Positions 1-13,035 of a stretch of 64,000 nt of DNA are shown piece after piece. Each line of letters begins with the position of its first letter. Position 1 is the first letter of the stretch. The DNA is from Scenedesmus sp. PABB004 (Eukaryota), in contig JABVCE010000003.1 of the NCBI GenBank assembly GCA_014905635.1, positions 868,001-932,000 on the forward strand, given 5' to 3'. A model generated the notes under the pieces. That model had not been told where the DNA came from. It searched no databases and saw only the letters and a program-made list of their open reading frames with translations. Position numbers and translations under genes: made by a program.

Positions 1-1701
1 CGTCGGGCCGTTTGCACGCGGCGGCGGCGGCGGCGACAACCTGGCAAGCGTCGGGCCGTTTGCCCGCGGTGGCGGCGGCGGCGGCGGCGACGACAACCTG
101 GCGAGCGTCGGGCCATTTGCCGCAGCAGGCAGGGCCCCGCCCACCAGCATGGGCGCGTCGCCGTTCGCCACCTCGCCGCGCTCGCACCCCATCGCGGTTG
201 CCGGCCCCGGCGGCCAGCCGGGTCTGGGCGGCGGCTACGCGGGCGGCGGCTACCTAGGTGGGGCGTACCCTGGCGGGGCGCACCCTGGTGGCGCGTTCCC
301 GGGCGTCATGATGCCGCAGCAGGCGTACCCGCCATACGGCTACGGCCCTGGCCCCTGGGGCGGCGCCGCCATGGCGGCGCAGGGGCACATGGCGCCGCCG
401 GCGATGCCGGGCCAGCCCGGCGGCCCCGGCGGGGCCGCGCCCGGGGCGCCTGGGCCGCAGGCCGCGCCCGGCGGCGCCCGCCAACCCTCGCCCGCGCCCC
501 GCGGCCCGCAGCCGCGCAGCCCCGTGCTCGGCGCCGGCGGCGGCGGCGGCGAGCACCCGCCGCCCGGCGGGCTGCCGGGGACGCCGCAGGGCAGCCTCAC
601 GCCCGGCGGCGCGGGGCCGGCGTTCAACCGCCCCCTGGATGATGCCTGCCTGAACAGGCGCCTGGGCGCGGCAGACGAGGGCGAGGACCTGATGGAGAAA
701 GCTCAGCGCGACCTCGCGGCCTGGCAGCGCACCGGCGCGGCGGGCAGCCGCTCGGGGCGGCAGCGCGCCGCGTCGGGCTCGGCCGACACGGTGCGTGGCA
801 GCCAGGACGAGCTCGCGCGCGTGTCGGGCGACGGCAGCGGCGCCGGCGGCGGCTTTGCGGGCGCGGGCTGGGCGCCGCCGGGGCGAGCCGGCAGCAGCTT
901 TGACGCGCCGCCCGACGCCGCGACGCTCGCGGCGCTGGGCATGCCGGGCGGCGTCGTGCCGCCGGCCGCGTTTCGCCAGATTGCCCCGGGGGAGCGCGTC
1001 ACCGTGGTCAACCGCCCCGGCGGCCCCGGCGCTGCGCCGCCGGGCATGGACGGCCTGGGCGGCGGCGGCGGCGGCGCGATGGCGCCCTTGGGCCAGGCGC
1101 CGTGCTGGCCGCCGCCCCAGCTGGGCGCGGCGCAGCAGCAGCCCGGCGGCGGCTACGCGGACCCGGGCCAGCTGCAGCAGCAGCTGCAGCAGCAGATGCA
1201 GCAGATGCAGCAGCAGATGCAGCAGCTGCAGATGCAGCAGCAGGGGCAGCCGCCGCTGTCGCCCACGGCGCAACGCACTCAAAGCGGCTTCGGCCCGAGC
1301 GGCCCCCCAGCGGCGGCGCGCAGGCCGGCTGGGCGCACGCGTGCCTGGGCAGCGGCGAGGCGCCTGCGGTGCCGACGGACGGGCAGGGCACGGCGGCGCA
1401 GCAGCAGATGATGTGGGCGGCGATGCAGCAGCAGATGCAGCAGCAGATGCAGCAGCAGATGCAGCAGCAGATGTTCATGGCGCAGCAGCAGCAGGCGATG
1501 CAGCTCAGCCCGGGGCCGCAGCAGCAGATGATGATGCAGCAGATGCAGCAGCAGGTGCTGCAGCAGATGCAGCAGCAAATGCAGCAGCAGATGCAGCAGC
1601 TGCAGCTGCAGCAGCAGGGGCAGGCGCAGGCGCAGCAGCAGGTGCAGCAGCAGCAGGGCTACTCGCAGCAGCAGCCGCAGCAGTGGCCGCCCAACGCCTG
1701 A
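1..1701 (+). CDS. 3' part of a low-complexity Gly/Pro/Gln-rich protein with a polyQ(M) C-terminus (5' end outside window, function unknown)
   Basis: Open frame from nt 2 (VGPFARGGGG...) through ORF 149..1411. It shifts near 1293-1300 into the QQQM-repeat frame, which ends QQWPPNA-TGA at 1701. Confidence 0.6.
2..122 (+). repeat. Coding tandem repeat, about 48-54 bp unit, about 2.5 visible copies (NLASVGPFARGGGGG[G]D[D])
   Basis: gcgtcgggccgtttgc and gacaacctggc(a/g)agc recur directly in the sequence. Confidence 0.85.
1172..1685 (+). repeat. CAG / CAGCAGCAGATG polyglutamine-coding tracts
   Basis: Two blocks (about 1172-1243 and 1400-1685) of CAG runs punctuated by ATG or CTG. Confidence 0.9.
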
Positions 1702-2159
1702 CACTGACGCAGCGTCCACTGCGGGACGGGTGACTGTTGCCATCCCACGGCGGGGCGGTGATTGGCGCTGAACGTGCTGAACTTACCGCAGCCCCCGCAC
1801 CCGCAGACACTGCTCACCCGCGCGCCGAGGCAGCCCGAACATGGCTCTCAGCGCCACGCCCACGCCGGCCTGCTCGCAGCGGCGCGGGTCGGGGGCGGGG
1901 CCGTTCCAGGGCCCGCGAACAAACGTTGTCGCCACGCAGCAGGACAACAGAACACCGCATATCACGCTCAAGCGCCGCCTCGCGCGCTGGGCGCGCGGGC
2001 GCGCCCCGCGGGGCAGGCCCCGCGACAGTGCAGTCACCAGGGCTCGTCTCGTTGCACACACACACACACACACCCCGCACGCCTCGCCTCGTGTGTTGCC
2101 GCGCGCGCCGGACGGCGCCGCGCCGCCGCTCCTCGCGCCTCCCAGCCGGTGCCGACAGC

Positions 2160-4099
2160 TCACAGCTTGGGCATCGACTTCTGCAGGTTCTCGCCCCACT
2201 GCGCGCCCGCGGCGGCGGCGGCGGCGGCGGCGGGGCTCGCTCAACGCGCGGCCGCGTGCGCCCCGCGGGCCCCGCCTCGAGCGCGCTGGCGTGGCGCGCG
2301 CGGCCGCCGGACGCCCGCCGCGCAGCCCGTCACGCAGCCTGGCGCCCGCCTACACCCTAGCCGCCGCCGCCGCCGCCGCCGCACCTCGAGGACCTTCTGG
2401 TAGGCGGCGGTGATTTTGCGGATCATAAAGGTAAGGAACACGATGCTCACCAGGTGCGCCAGCAGCGTGTTGGCGGACGCCTGCGCGGGGCGGCGGCACA
2501 CCGCGCCGCCGGGGTGAGGGGCGGGGCGCGCGCCGGCGCCCCCGCGGCGCGCTGCGGCGCACGTGCTGCGCGGCGCGGCGCCCCGCCGTGCGCTGCGGCG
2601 CGGCGCAGGGCGCGCCTGCGCGAGGGCCTCGATCGCGACGCTGCTGCCCTTCTTGAGCACGCCGCCGGCCATCATGGTGCCGACCTCGGCCTGCAGCGCG
2701 AGGATCGCGGCCGCGGCGCCGACAAAGTTCACGGTGAGGTGGTCGTAGAAGAGCTTCATCTGCGCCCACCCGCCGAGCACGTCGAGGCCCTGCGAGTTGA
2801 CCTGCGAGGGGTTTTGGCGCGGGCGCGGACGGCGGCGGCGGCGGGTGGTCAGGTCGGCAGGGCGCGGCAGCCGCGTGAGCGGGAGCAGGAGGCCGCGGGC
2901 AAGGCCTGTGAGAGCGGCCAAGCCAGGGCCACAGGCCCCCTGGCCTGTGTGGCGTCACACGGGCGCCACCCAGTGCACCACCACTCAATGAACCTAACAG
3001 GGGCGCCACACGCGCGCACACCTTGAGGAGGTAGGTGTAGCTCAGGTAGGCGCTGTAGCCGCTCAGCAGCACGCCCACCATCAGCAGCGCAGTCGTGGGG
3101 TGCACGCCCGCGCCCTGCGCGGCACCGGGCGCGGCGGCGGGCATCGGCGGCGTCGGCGGCGCGCGGCGCGGCGCGGCGGCGGCGGCGCGGGGGCGGCGGC
3201 GGCGGCAGCGGCAGCACGGGCGCGCGCGCCTTGGCCATGGTCGCGTGGCTGGTGAAGAACGCGATGGCCCAGGAGACCGCGGTGAGCGCGAGCTGGGCGA
3301 GGAAGTTGTAGGTCACGCTCTTCTTGATGTCCACGTCGAGCTTGGCCATGTCAGGGACCTGCGCGGCAGGCGCGGACGCGCGGCAGACGCAGAGGCGCGC
3401 GTGGGCGGCGGCGCGGCGGCGCGGCCGCACGAGCGTGGTGCGCGCAGCCGCGCCGTGTCTGTCAGCCCGCGGAGCAGAGCAGGGGAGGCCCGGCCCACCT
3501 GGAAATTCTTGACCGCGTCCTTGGCGGCCGCGGCGGCCGACGCGGCGGCATCCTTGGCGGCGGTCGCGGCCTTCTGCAGGCTCTCCTGGGGGTTGACCGA
3601 CGAGCTCTCCGCGCGCACCACCTGCGGGAGCGGCGGGGCCGGGCGGGGGCCTCGGGCTCGCGCCGTCTGGCGGCGTCACCGGCGCGCCGACCAGCTGTCG
3701 CTGCTCGCGCCGCGTTTGAGCGGCGAGCCGGCCCGGGCGGGGCCGCGCCGGCTGGGTGCGGCGTGGGAACGACGTGGAGCGCGAAGGCGGGGCGCCGCGG
3801 CCCCCGCGACCGGGCGGGGCGCGCGGCAGCATCGGCGCTGCCCACGGCCCGCGCTGTGCTCCGCGGCCGACGCCCGGCGACGGCGCGCCCACGCGCTGCG
3901 TGTGGCGACGCGTTCACGAACGAGCGGCGCGGGCATGCATGCGGGCGCGGGCGCGCCGATCTTGGGCGCCGAGTGCGCGGTGCCGAGCCCGCGAGCTCAC
4001 CAGGCGCTGGCGCAGGCCCAGGGCGGGGCGCAGCGCCACGGAGCGCAGGGCGCTCCGGACGATCGTCGCGGTCGCGACGGGGGCGCGCTGCAGCATCAT
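2160..4099 (-). CDS. TIC21/PIC1-like (DUF3611) chloroplast envelope membrane protein, about 7 exons
   Basis: Transit-peptide-like MMLQRAPVATATIVRSALRS. Exons give NFLAQLALTAVSWAIAF, VNFVGAAAAILALQAEVGTMM and LAQ|ASANTLLAHLVSIVFL, matching TIC21 segments (FWGQL, QATVG, QASANTLLSH). Last exon is WGENLQKSMPKL*. Confidence 0.75.
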
Positions 4100-4565
4100 G
4101 GCGGTGGGCGCGACGGGTTGTTGGGCGCGCGACGCTGATCGCTGGAGCGCGGGGCGGACTTCGCGTGCTGTCGGCGGCGTGCGACGCGGCGGGCCGCGGG
4201 TCGCCTGCCGCACGGGGCCGCGCTGCCCGGGCTCCCCGAAGTGATGCTCGGTTGACTCAGGCGCCAATGAAAAGCCCCCAGCGCGCCGCACACACGGCCT
4301 GGAGGCTGGATCAGGGCCTCCCACGCGCCGGCGGGGGCGGCCGGCCGGCGGCACCGCCGCCGCCGCCGCTGCTGCGCCGACGACCGACGCCCGCGCGCCG
4401 CCGCCGGCCGGCCCTGCTGCCGCGCCGGTCCCATGGGGCCGGCCCCGGCGCAGCTCGCCGCGCGCCGTCGGGGCGCCCGCGCCGCGGGGCGTGTCCGGCG
4501 CTGCTCGGCGCTCGCGCCGTGCTGCGACGCGCGCTCACGCGCTCGACAGGCGTGGTGGCTCGCGC

Positions 4566-7500
4566 TCACGCGACGTAGAGGCTCGCGGCAAACACGATGT
4601 CGCGGCGTATCTTGGCGCTCGCCGCCTCCATGAGCCCGAACAGCGCGGTGTCGCCCATCACGCGCGCCGCGTCCATGAGCTCGCGGCAGCACTGGTCCAG
4701 CCGCACGACCGCGCGCACGATGCTGCCCTCCATCACGTCGGTCAGCGGCGTGATCGCGCTGAACGGCGTGCCGCGCGCCCACTCGTACACGACCTGGAGG
4801 TGTGGCACGGCGCGCGCGCGCGGGGGAGGGAGAGGGATGGGCGCGCGGGAGGTGAGCAAGGCGAGGCGCCAGCGGGGCGCGGGCGCGCGGGCGGCGGCGG
4901 GGCGCGGGCGCGGGGCGCGGGCGCGCGGGGTTCGCGGGCGCGGGCGCGCGGGTTCACGGGCGCGGGCGGCGGCGGGTGCGCAGGCGCGGCGCACCTGCAT
5001 GAGCCCTGGGTGCAGCACCTCGCGCAGGTACTCCTCCTCGCCCACCGGCAGCCCCGCGGCCGCCTGCAGGCGCGCGAGCTCGCCGGCGAGGCCGTACAGC
5101 TCGCGCCGCGCGCCCGCGAGCGCGGGCGGCAGCTCCGGCTCGACGTCGCTCTTCTCCTGCGCAGCGCGCGCGGGCGGCGTGGCGGGGCGGGGACCCCGTC
5201 GGTCAGCCGCGGGCGTCGTCGTCGTCTCCGGCGGCGGCGGCCGCGGCGGGCCCAGGCCCCGCGTCGCCGCCGCGCGCCGCGCGCGCCTGGAAGACGAGCG
5301 CGCTCATCAGCGCGACCGCCTCCTCAGGCGCAAGCCCGCTCAGCAGGCCCCGGAAGAGCAGCTCGGTGGACAGCAGCTCGTCCTGCGCGCGCGGCACGGG
5401 CGGAGCGGCGTGGCGCGGTGCGGCTGGCCCCGCCGCGCCGCGCCGCGCCGCGCCGGCGCCGCGCGCCGCGCCGCGCGCTGCGCTGCGCGCCGCGCCGCTT
5501 GCCTGCGTGCTGTTGATCTCGCACGCGGCGCGGCCCTTGAGCGTGACGGTGCCGTCAGGCGACACGTAGCCGAGCTGCTGCAGCACGCCCACGCGCTGGT
5601 GGAACTCAGGCATCTGGCAGGCGGCGGAAGGCGGGCGGGCGGCGAGCGTTAGATGTGCGTCAGCTTTGCGTCACTGACAGACGACATGCGCGAGCCGGCG
5701 GCGGCCAAGGCCGGCGCGCCTGCTGCAGGCTCGCGTCCGACAGCTGGTGCGACAGCTCGCCCAGCCGCGCGCCGAGCAGCAGCTCGCTGCGCACGAGCGC
5801 CGCCTGCTCCGGCGTGCCTGCGCGGTGGCGGGCGCGGCGCGCGGCTGCTTGGCGCGCGGGTTCGGCGGCGCGGCGCGCGGGGGCTCGGCGGCGGCGCGGC
5901 GCGCACCCGGGCAGGTGTGCACGGGCAGCGCTGCGCGCGCGTTGAGCAGCGCCGCGCGCTCCGCGGCAAGGACGGCGAGGTCGAGGCTGGTCAGCTTCAG
6001 GTCCGCCCGCGCGTCCAGCTGCTCCGGGTCGCAACCCTGCGCCGCGGCCTCCTCCTGCGCCGACGGCGGCGGCGGCGGCGGCATGACGTCAGCGCGGGGG
6101 GCTCTGAGCGCACACGCCCTGCCGCGCGGGGCTCACGCGTGCGCGCCGCACCTGAATCTTCTGCAGCTGGCGCAGCGCGGGGCCGATGCCCGGCCCGCCC
6201 TCTCCAAGCACCTCCAGCGGCTCGAGCTTCACGCGCGCCCGGCACAGGCCCACCACCTGCTTGGCGGGCGCCGCGACGAGCATCCACTGCAGCCCCGCGG
6301 CGGCGCCGTAGCGCGGCAGCGGCCCGGCACGCCCGCGCCGGCGCCGCCGCGGGCGCCGCCCTTGAGCACAAAGCCCTGAAACTCCTCCTCTGCGCGGCGC
6401 GGCGGGGCGGCGGGGCGGCGGGGCGGCGGGGCGGCGGGGCGGCGGGGCGGCGGGGCGGCGGGGCGGCGGGGCGGCGGGGCGGCGGGGCGGCGGGGCGGCG
6501 GGGCGGCGGGGCGGCGGGCATCAGAGGCACACGGGGCTGCCGGCGGGCGCCGACGGGGGCCGGCCCGGCCAGCGCCGGGCGGGGGCGCGCGCGCGCGCGC
6601 ACCGATCACCGCCGCCGTCGCGGCGCCGCCGTCGCCGGCGTCGGCGGGCGGCGGGTCGAGCGGGCCCGGGCGGTGCAGCAGGAGGAACCAGAGCACGCGC
6701 TCCGCGCCCGCGCCGCCGCCGGCGCCCGCGCCGCCCCCGCCGCCGCGCCCGCTGCCCAGGGGCGCTTTCTTGGGCCGAGTCCGCCGCCAAAGCCCAGCCC
6801 GCCGCCGCGGCCGCCGTCGGCGGCCGCCGCGGCGGCGCGCAGCGCGTCGAGCGTGTCGGGCGAGCCCACCACGGCGCCGAGCTCGGTCAGGCCGCTGCCA
6901 GGGTGCTGCAGCAGCACCACGCGCCCCGGGGTCAGCAGCCCGTGCACGACGCGGCTGCCCATCACGGCGTCCTGCGAGCCGCGGCGCGGCGCGGCGCAGC
7001 GCCGTGAGGTTTTGGGGCTGACGGCGCTCGGCGCGCACCGGCCTCGGCGCGCCGCCGCCGGCGCGGTGCGGGGAGGCGCGAGCGGCCGCCGGCGCGGTGC
7101 GGGGCAGCCGCGGGCGCGCCGCGCCTGGAGCTGCTCTGAGAGCGCGTCGATGCGCTGCCCCAGGCGCACATACTCCTCGACCGCCGGCCGGCCGCAGCCG
7201 CGCATGCAGGCCGGCCACGGCGCGGCCGCGTACGCGGCGAGCTGCGCCTGCCCCGCCGCGAGCGCCGCGCTCTTGCCCGGCTGCGCGCGCTGCGCGTGGA
7301 ACTCCGCGAACGAGCGGCGCAGCATGTCCTCGACCTGGGCAGCGGCGGCGGCGGTGGAGGTGGTGGTGGTTGCGGGGGTGGGGGGGGGGCGCACGTGGCG
7401 GGTGGGTGTGGGTGGAGTGAGCGGCGTGCGACGAGCGGGACACGCACGCCCGCACACTCACGCGCATGTTCAAACCAAACAAACACGTGTTGTAAAACAC

Positions 7501-9696
7501 ACTCAAGCCCTAGACCCCACCTTGAGGTCCTCCACGCGCAGGAGGTTGAGTATCATGCTGTACGTCAGCCGGAACTGGCTGCTCAGGCTCACGCCCGCGC
7601 CAGTCAGCAGCACCTTGAGCTCGCCCTCGCCTGGCGGCGGCAGCGGGGGAGGCGCGGCGGCGCACGGCGCGGGGCGCGGCGGCGGCTTGGAGGCGGCAGC
7701 CGCACAGCCGCGGGCGCGCGCGCCGGGCACGGCCGCGGCGAGCGGTCGCTCGCCGCGGGCGGGCGCGCGCCGGCCGCCGCGCACCCGGCGGCTCCTCCCA
7801 GGCGGCGATGATCACGACGCCCACGGCGTCCAGCCCGCGGCGCCCCGCGCGGCCCGCCATCTGCGACGCGGTGGCGGCCGCGGCGGGCGATCCTTTGCCG
7901 CCGCGCCGCCTCCACGCACCCGTGCATCTCCCCCGTCTCTCCCGTCCAGCCCCCGCCCCCCCCCAGGCGCCGCCTGCTCCGCCCCGCTCGCGCAGGCGCC
8001 GCCGCCTGCCCACCTGCGTGTACTCGCCGGGCAGCAGCGTCCTGAAGCCGCGGCCGTCGTGCTTGCGCAGGCCGTGGAAGACCACGGTGCGCGTGGGCGC
8101 GTTGACGCCCATCGCAAACGTCTCGGTGCAGAACAGCACCTGCGCGTGGGCGTGTGCGCGGCGGCCGCTGGGGGTGGGTGTGCGCGCGCGCGTGCGCTGT
8201 GCTGCGAGGTCGCGGCCGTCGCTGGCTAGGCGCCTGCGCTCGGCCCCAAGCCCCGCCGCTGCTGGGCGCCGCGCCACGCTAAACCCCGCGCCGCCACGCA
8301 AAACCCTGACGCGCCTTGATGTAGCCCTGGCAGAAGAGCATCTCCACCGTCTCTTTCATGATGGGCAGCAGCCCCGCGTGGTGCACCGCGACGCCGCGCC
8401 GCATGAGCTCGCGCAGGCGCAGGATCTGTGACGGCGCGCGCGCGCGCGCGAGGAGCGGGAGCGAGAGCGGGAGGCGCCAGCGGCGTCGGGCGGCGGCGCG
8501 CGGCGGCGCGGGGCGCCCGGCGGCGGCGGCAGACGCGCGGCGGCAGCGGCGACAGCGCGGCGCGCGGCGGCGGCACGGCGGCGGCGGCGGCGCGCGCGCC
8601 TGGGGCAGGTCTCGGTCGCCCTCGCGCAGGCGCGCGAGCACGGCCTGCACAAACGCGTGGATCGTGTGCTTCTCAGCCGCCGTGGTGAGGTCGAGGCCGC
8701 CGCAGCCGTCGGCCGCGGCGTCGCAGCGCTTCTTGCTGAACGTGAAAAACGCGACCGGCAGCAGGTCGCGCTTGCGCAGCAGCGCCAGCAGCTCCGCGAC
8801 CTGCCCGCGCTCGCCCGCGCCGCCGCCGCCGTGCCGCCGCCGCCGCGGAGGGCGGCGCGGGGGCGCGGCGCGGGCGGCCGCGCGCGCGCGCGCGCGCGCG
8901 CGCGCGCGCGCGCGCCGCCGCCGCGCCGCAGCAGCCGCCCGCCGCCGCCGCCGCCGCGCACCCTGCAGCTGGCGCCGGAAGCCGTCGGCGCTGCCGCCGC
9001 GCCCGCGCCCGCGCCCGCCGCCGCCGCCGCCGCCGCCGCCGCGGTTGCCGCGCCCGCCGCGCCGCCCCGTCGGCCGCGCCGCCGCGCCGCGCCGCCGCGG
9101 CCGCCGCCGCCGCCGGCGGGCGCGCCGCGCGCCTTGTGCGCCGCGGCCGCGCGGCGCAGGCCGTCGGTGAGGAAGGTGCTGTCGCCCGCATGACCTGGTA
9201 CAGCTCGCCGCCGTAAAACACGTGGTGCTCCAGCGGCACCGGGCGCTTCGCCGTGCCTGCGGCGACGCGGTGTGCGGCGCCGGGGCGCGGGCGGGCGGCG
9301 CACGGCGCACTCGCGGCGTCCGCACCCGACTCGCGTTCCGCGCCCCGCACCGCGCCCGCCGCGCCGGTCGCCGCTGCCGCCCTCTCAACCCCTAACCCCT
9401 AAACCCCCGCCCCGCCGCACCCGTGACGTAGATGACGCGCTGCTTGGTGCGGCCGACCCAGTCGGCAAAGTCCATGACGTTGGGCACGGTGGCGCTGAGC
9501 ATCACGATCGTCACGTGAGGGGGGAGCATGATGATGACCTGGTCGCGCGTGTGTGAGGGCGTGGGCGGGTGTGAGGGCGGGTGTGCGTGGGTGTGTGGGT
9601 GTGAGCGTGGTGGGCAGGGGCGAGGGAGGGAGGGAGGCGTGGCACGGCGCACGCGGTGGTGCGTGTGTGCGCGCGCGGTGCGTGTGTGTGCGCGCG

Positions 9697-9728
<32 letters not shown>

Positions 9729-12700
9729 CGCCTCACCTCCTCCCAGACGACGCCGCGCTCTGCGTCGTTGACGTAGTGCACCTCGTCAAAGACGACGTAT
9801 TCGATGTCACGGATCACGTCAGCGCCCTGGGTGGTGGGGGGGGGGGTGGAGAGTGGTGACAGGAGGCGGCGGTGAGGGGCGGTGGTGAGTGGTGGAGAGT
9901 GGGGAGGGGGATGGCGCAAGGAGGGAGGCAGGGAGCGAGGGGGGCGGTGGTGTGGGCGGGGCGAGGTGACGGGCGGGGAGGTGACGGGGCGGTGACGGGG
10001 AGGTGAAGGGGGAGGGCGGCGGGGGGCGGAGTGCAGCGGGCGCCGTCCGCGGGCGCCGCATCACCTTGTAGAGCATGGAGCGCAGCACCTCGGTCGTCAT
10101 GATGAGGCAGGGCGCGGCGGGGTTGATCTGCACGTCGCCCGTGAGCAGCCCAACCTGCGGCGGCAGGAGGGAGGAGGCCTCGGCCTTGCGCGCGCCGCAG
10201 GGGGCTGCGTGGCATGTGCCGCGTTGTTTCCCTCCCTCCCCCGCCCCCCTCCTCCAGCCCACGCGCACAGGCAGGCACGCCCCCCCCCCCCCCCACACAC
10301 ACAGCCAACCTCACCTCGAACTTGGCGCTGAAGTCCCTGAACTTCTGGTTGCTGATCGTCTTGATGGGGCTCGTGTACACCGCGCGGCTCGCGTGCGCGC
10401 CAGCGAGCGCAAACGCGTACTCCGCGACCACAGTCTTGCCCGCGGACGTGTGCGCCGCGACAAAGACCTGCGCCGCGTCGCGCGGCGCGGCGCGGCGCTC
10501 GCGGCGGCGGCGGCAGGGCCAGCAGACCAGGCCGGGCGCAGGCCGCCAGGCCCCGCCTTCAGAGCGCAGCGCAGCGCCGCGCCCGCGCCGCACCGAGTGC
10601 CCCGCCTCCAGGTGCAGCACGGCCTCCTTCTGGAAGGTGTCCAGCTCAAACGGCCACGTCAGCGCGGCGCGCGGCGCGAGCGCCGCCCACGCGCCGGCGA
10701 GGTTGTCGATGCCGCCCCGCACCGCAAACTCCAGGTCCCCGGGGCGGCCGCGTGCGGGCTGCGGCGCGGCGGCGGCGGGTGAGCGCGGCGGCGCGGCGGC
10801 GCGCGCAGCTGGGGGAGGCACGCAGGGGCGGGGCAAAGCCCGAGTGGTGGGGCGGGGGCGAGGCGGCGGCGCCGCCGCCCCCACCTTGGCGCTGGCCGCG
10901 AGCGCCGCGGCGGCCGCCTGCCCCGCCGCTGCGACGGCGCTGCTGCCGTCCAGCAGCCCGTCGACGCTGTCGGCCGCGGGGGCGCCTGCGCCCGCGCCCG
11001 CGCCCGCGTCGGCGGCGGCCGGCAGGCCGGCGACCTGCTCCAGCGCGGACGCGCCGCCGCCGGCGGCCAGGGCCGCGGCGCCGGGGTCGGGCTCGCTCTC
11101 CGCCTCCCCCTCCTCCTCCTCCTCCTCCTCACCCTCCGCCTCCGACTCTCCCTGCCGCCGCGGCGGGCGGGGCAGGGTCAAGGCCGCGGCCGCCGCCCGA
11201 CAGGCTCGCGCTGCGCCCCGCCCGCCCGCCCGCCCGCGCCGCACCTGCGCCGCCTCCTGCTGCAGCCGCCAGAGGCCATCAAAGATGCCGCCCGGGTTGT
11301 CCGCGGCCGCCCCCGCCGCGGCCTTGGCGCCGAGCAGCGGCGCGGCCTGCACCGCCGCTGTGGGCGGCCGGGCTGGCGCCGGCACCGGCGCCGCCCTGAC
11401 CGGCGCCGCGGCCGCGGTCGCAGGCAGCGCCGCCAGCAGCTCATCCTCTGTCGGCCGCAGGTCTTCGGGCATGTTCCACGCGCCAAACAGCCCCCGGCCC
11501 AGGCCCGGCGGCGCGACGGCGGGCAGCAGGCCGCTGTCTGCGCGGGGCAGCGGCAGCCGCGGCGGCGGCGGCGGCGGCGCGTTCAGCGGGGCGCGCGGCG
11601 CGGCGGGCCGGCGGACCGCGGCCGCGGCGGCGCGGGCCGCGCGCGCACCTGCGCCGCTGCCGGCGGCGAGGTGCTGCTCCAGCAGCCCCAGCCACGCGCC
11701 GCTGCTCGCCGCCTCGGCCGCCGCCAGGCAGCTCGTGGACATGCTCGCCAGCAGCGCCTCGCCGCCTGCGCGGGGGCGGCCGGCCGCGCACGTGCGCGCG
11801 CAGGGTGAGGCGCGGCCCCGGGGCGCAGCGCGACGCCCGGCGGCAGCCGCCCGCGGCGGCGGCGGCGCGGGCGGCCCTGGCCCGCCAGGCCAGGGCGCGG
11901 CCGACCACCTGGCAGGAAGGGGCTGCTGACGCTGAAGCCGCGCCACGTGTCGGTGCCGGGCTGCCGCGCCGCCAGGCGCTGGCTCAGCGCCAGTGCGTCG
12001 GCGCCGCCCGCGTCCAGGCCGGAGAGCGCGACCTCGCGGTGGCCCACCTGCGCCGGCGCGGGCGCGGCCGAGCCGTGAGCAAACAGGGCAGAGGCTGCGC
12101 CTGGCGCGACGCCGCGCGCGCGCCCGCCTGCTGCGGCGCCGCGCCCACCTGCCCCGTCTTGGGGTCCGGCAGCGCCGGCAGCACCGCCGTCTGCGGCAGC
12201 GAGGGGCAGCTGCGCGCCGCGACGGGCTCGAAGAACACAGCCGACAGCACCGGGCCTGCGCGCGGGGCACCGGGCCGCAGCACGCGCGGCGCGTGAGCGG
12301 CGCGCGCGTGCGCGTGCGTGTGCGCGTGCGAGTGCGCGTGCGCCGGCGAGCTCACCCCGGTCGCCGACATCGCCCAGCGTGTCGGGCAGGTCCCAGCCGC
12401 AGTAGCGGCGGCGCAGGTCGTCGAGCAGCGCGCTGTCCGGCTGGCGCGGGTACGGCGGACCCTGCGGGGCGCGCGGGCGGCGGATCAGAGCGCGCCGGCC
12501 GGCGCTGCAGCGCGACGGCCCGCCGCCGCGGCCGTGCGGGCGCCGCCACGGGCGGAGCTGCTGCCAGCAGCAGCGAGCGCGCCGCGCCGGCCAGGGGACG
12601 CGTCCGCGCGCGCCCCGCGCCACGCCACAGGTCGGGGTCACGCTCACGACTCCGGATCCCGACGCGCGGCAGCGGCGGCGCGCCGCGGCAGCGGCGGGGC

Positions 12701-12849
12701 AGCGGCGAGCGCGCCGCGCCGCGGAGTCGCAGGTGCCGCCGCCGTGCCTGGACCAACGGAGGCACGGGCTCGGGCTGGCCCTCCACCACGTGCGCGCTGC
12801 CGCCCCAGCCGTAGGCCAGCCCGAAGGCCGGAACCCCCGACAGCGGCAT
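4566..12849 (-). CDS. SKI2: SKI2 DExH-box RNA helicase (SKI complex, cytoplasmic exosome cofactor), multi-exon
   Basis: [80 protein letters not shown] and the DSHCT end [13 protein letters not shown]. The long N-terminus has a PFLPGG motif typical of Ski2 rather than Mtr4. Confidence 0.93.
6400..6517 (+). repeat. Intronic minisatellite (CGGCGGGG)n, about 14 copies
   Basis: Clear 8-bp periodicity inside a SKI2 intron (about 6390-6603). Confidence 0.9.
8880..8914. repeat. (CG)n dinucleotide tract, about 17 units
   Basis: Pure alternating CG in a SKI2 intron. Confidence 0.9.
9703..9728 (+). repeat. (GT)n microsatellite
   Basis: About 13 GT units in a SKI2 intron. Confidence 0.9.
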
Positions 12850-13035
12850 GGGCGCTGCTCGCAGACGCGGTCACGCGTGGCGGCGCCGCGGCATCGCGTG
12901 CGGCGGCGGGGGCTGTGCGCTAGCGTGCGTGCGCAGGGAGTGCTTGTGCTGCGTCAATCGCGCACAAGCAGCCGGTCGGTGGTTCAACAGGGCACGGGAG
13001 CACGGCGGGGTTTTGACCCCCGCGCCCCGGCGCGG

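Noticed and set aside
2..122. Repeat-spacer-like pattern suggesting a CRISPR array
   Set aside because: The 'spacers' are just GGC runs, the units keep frame in a coding region, the context is eukaryotic and no cas genes are present.
8880..8914. (CG)17 as a functional Z-DNA element
   Set aside because: Shorter CG runs fill most introns in the window, so this is the tail of the background distribution.
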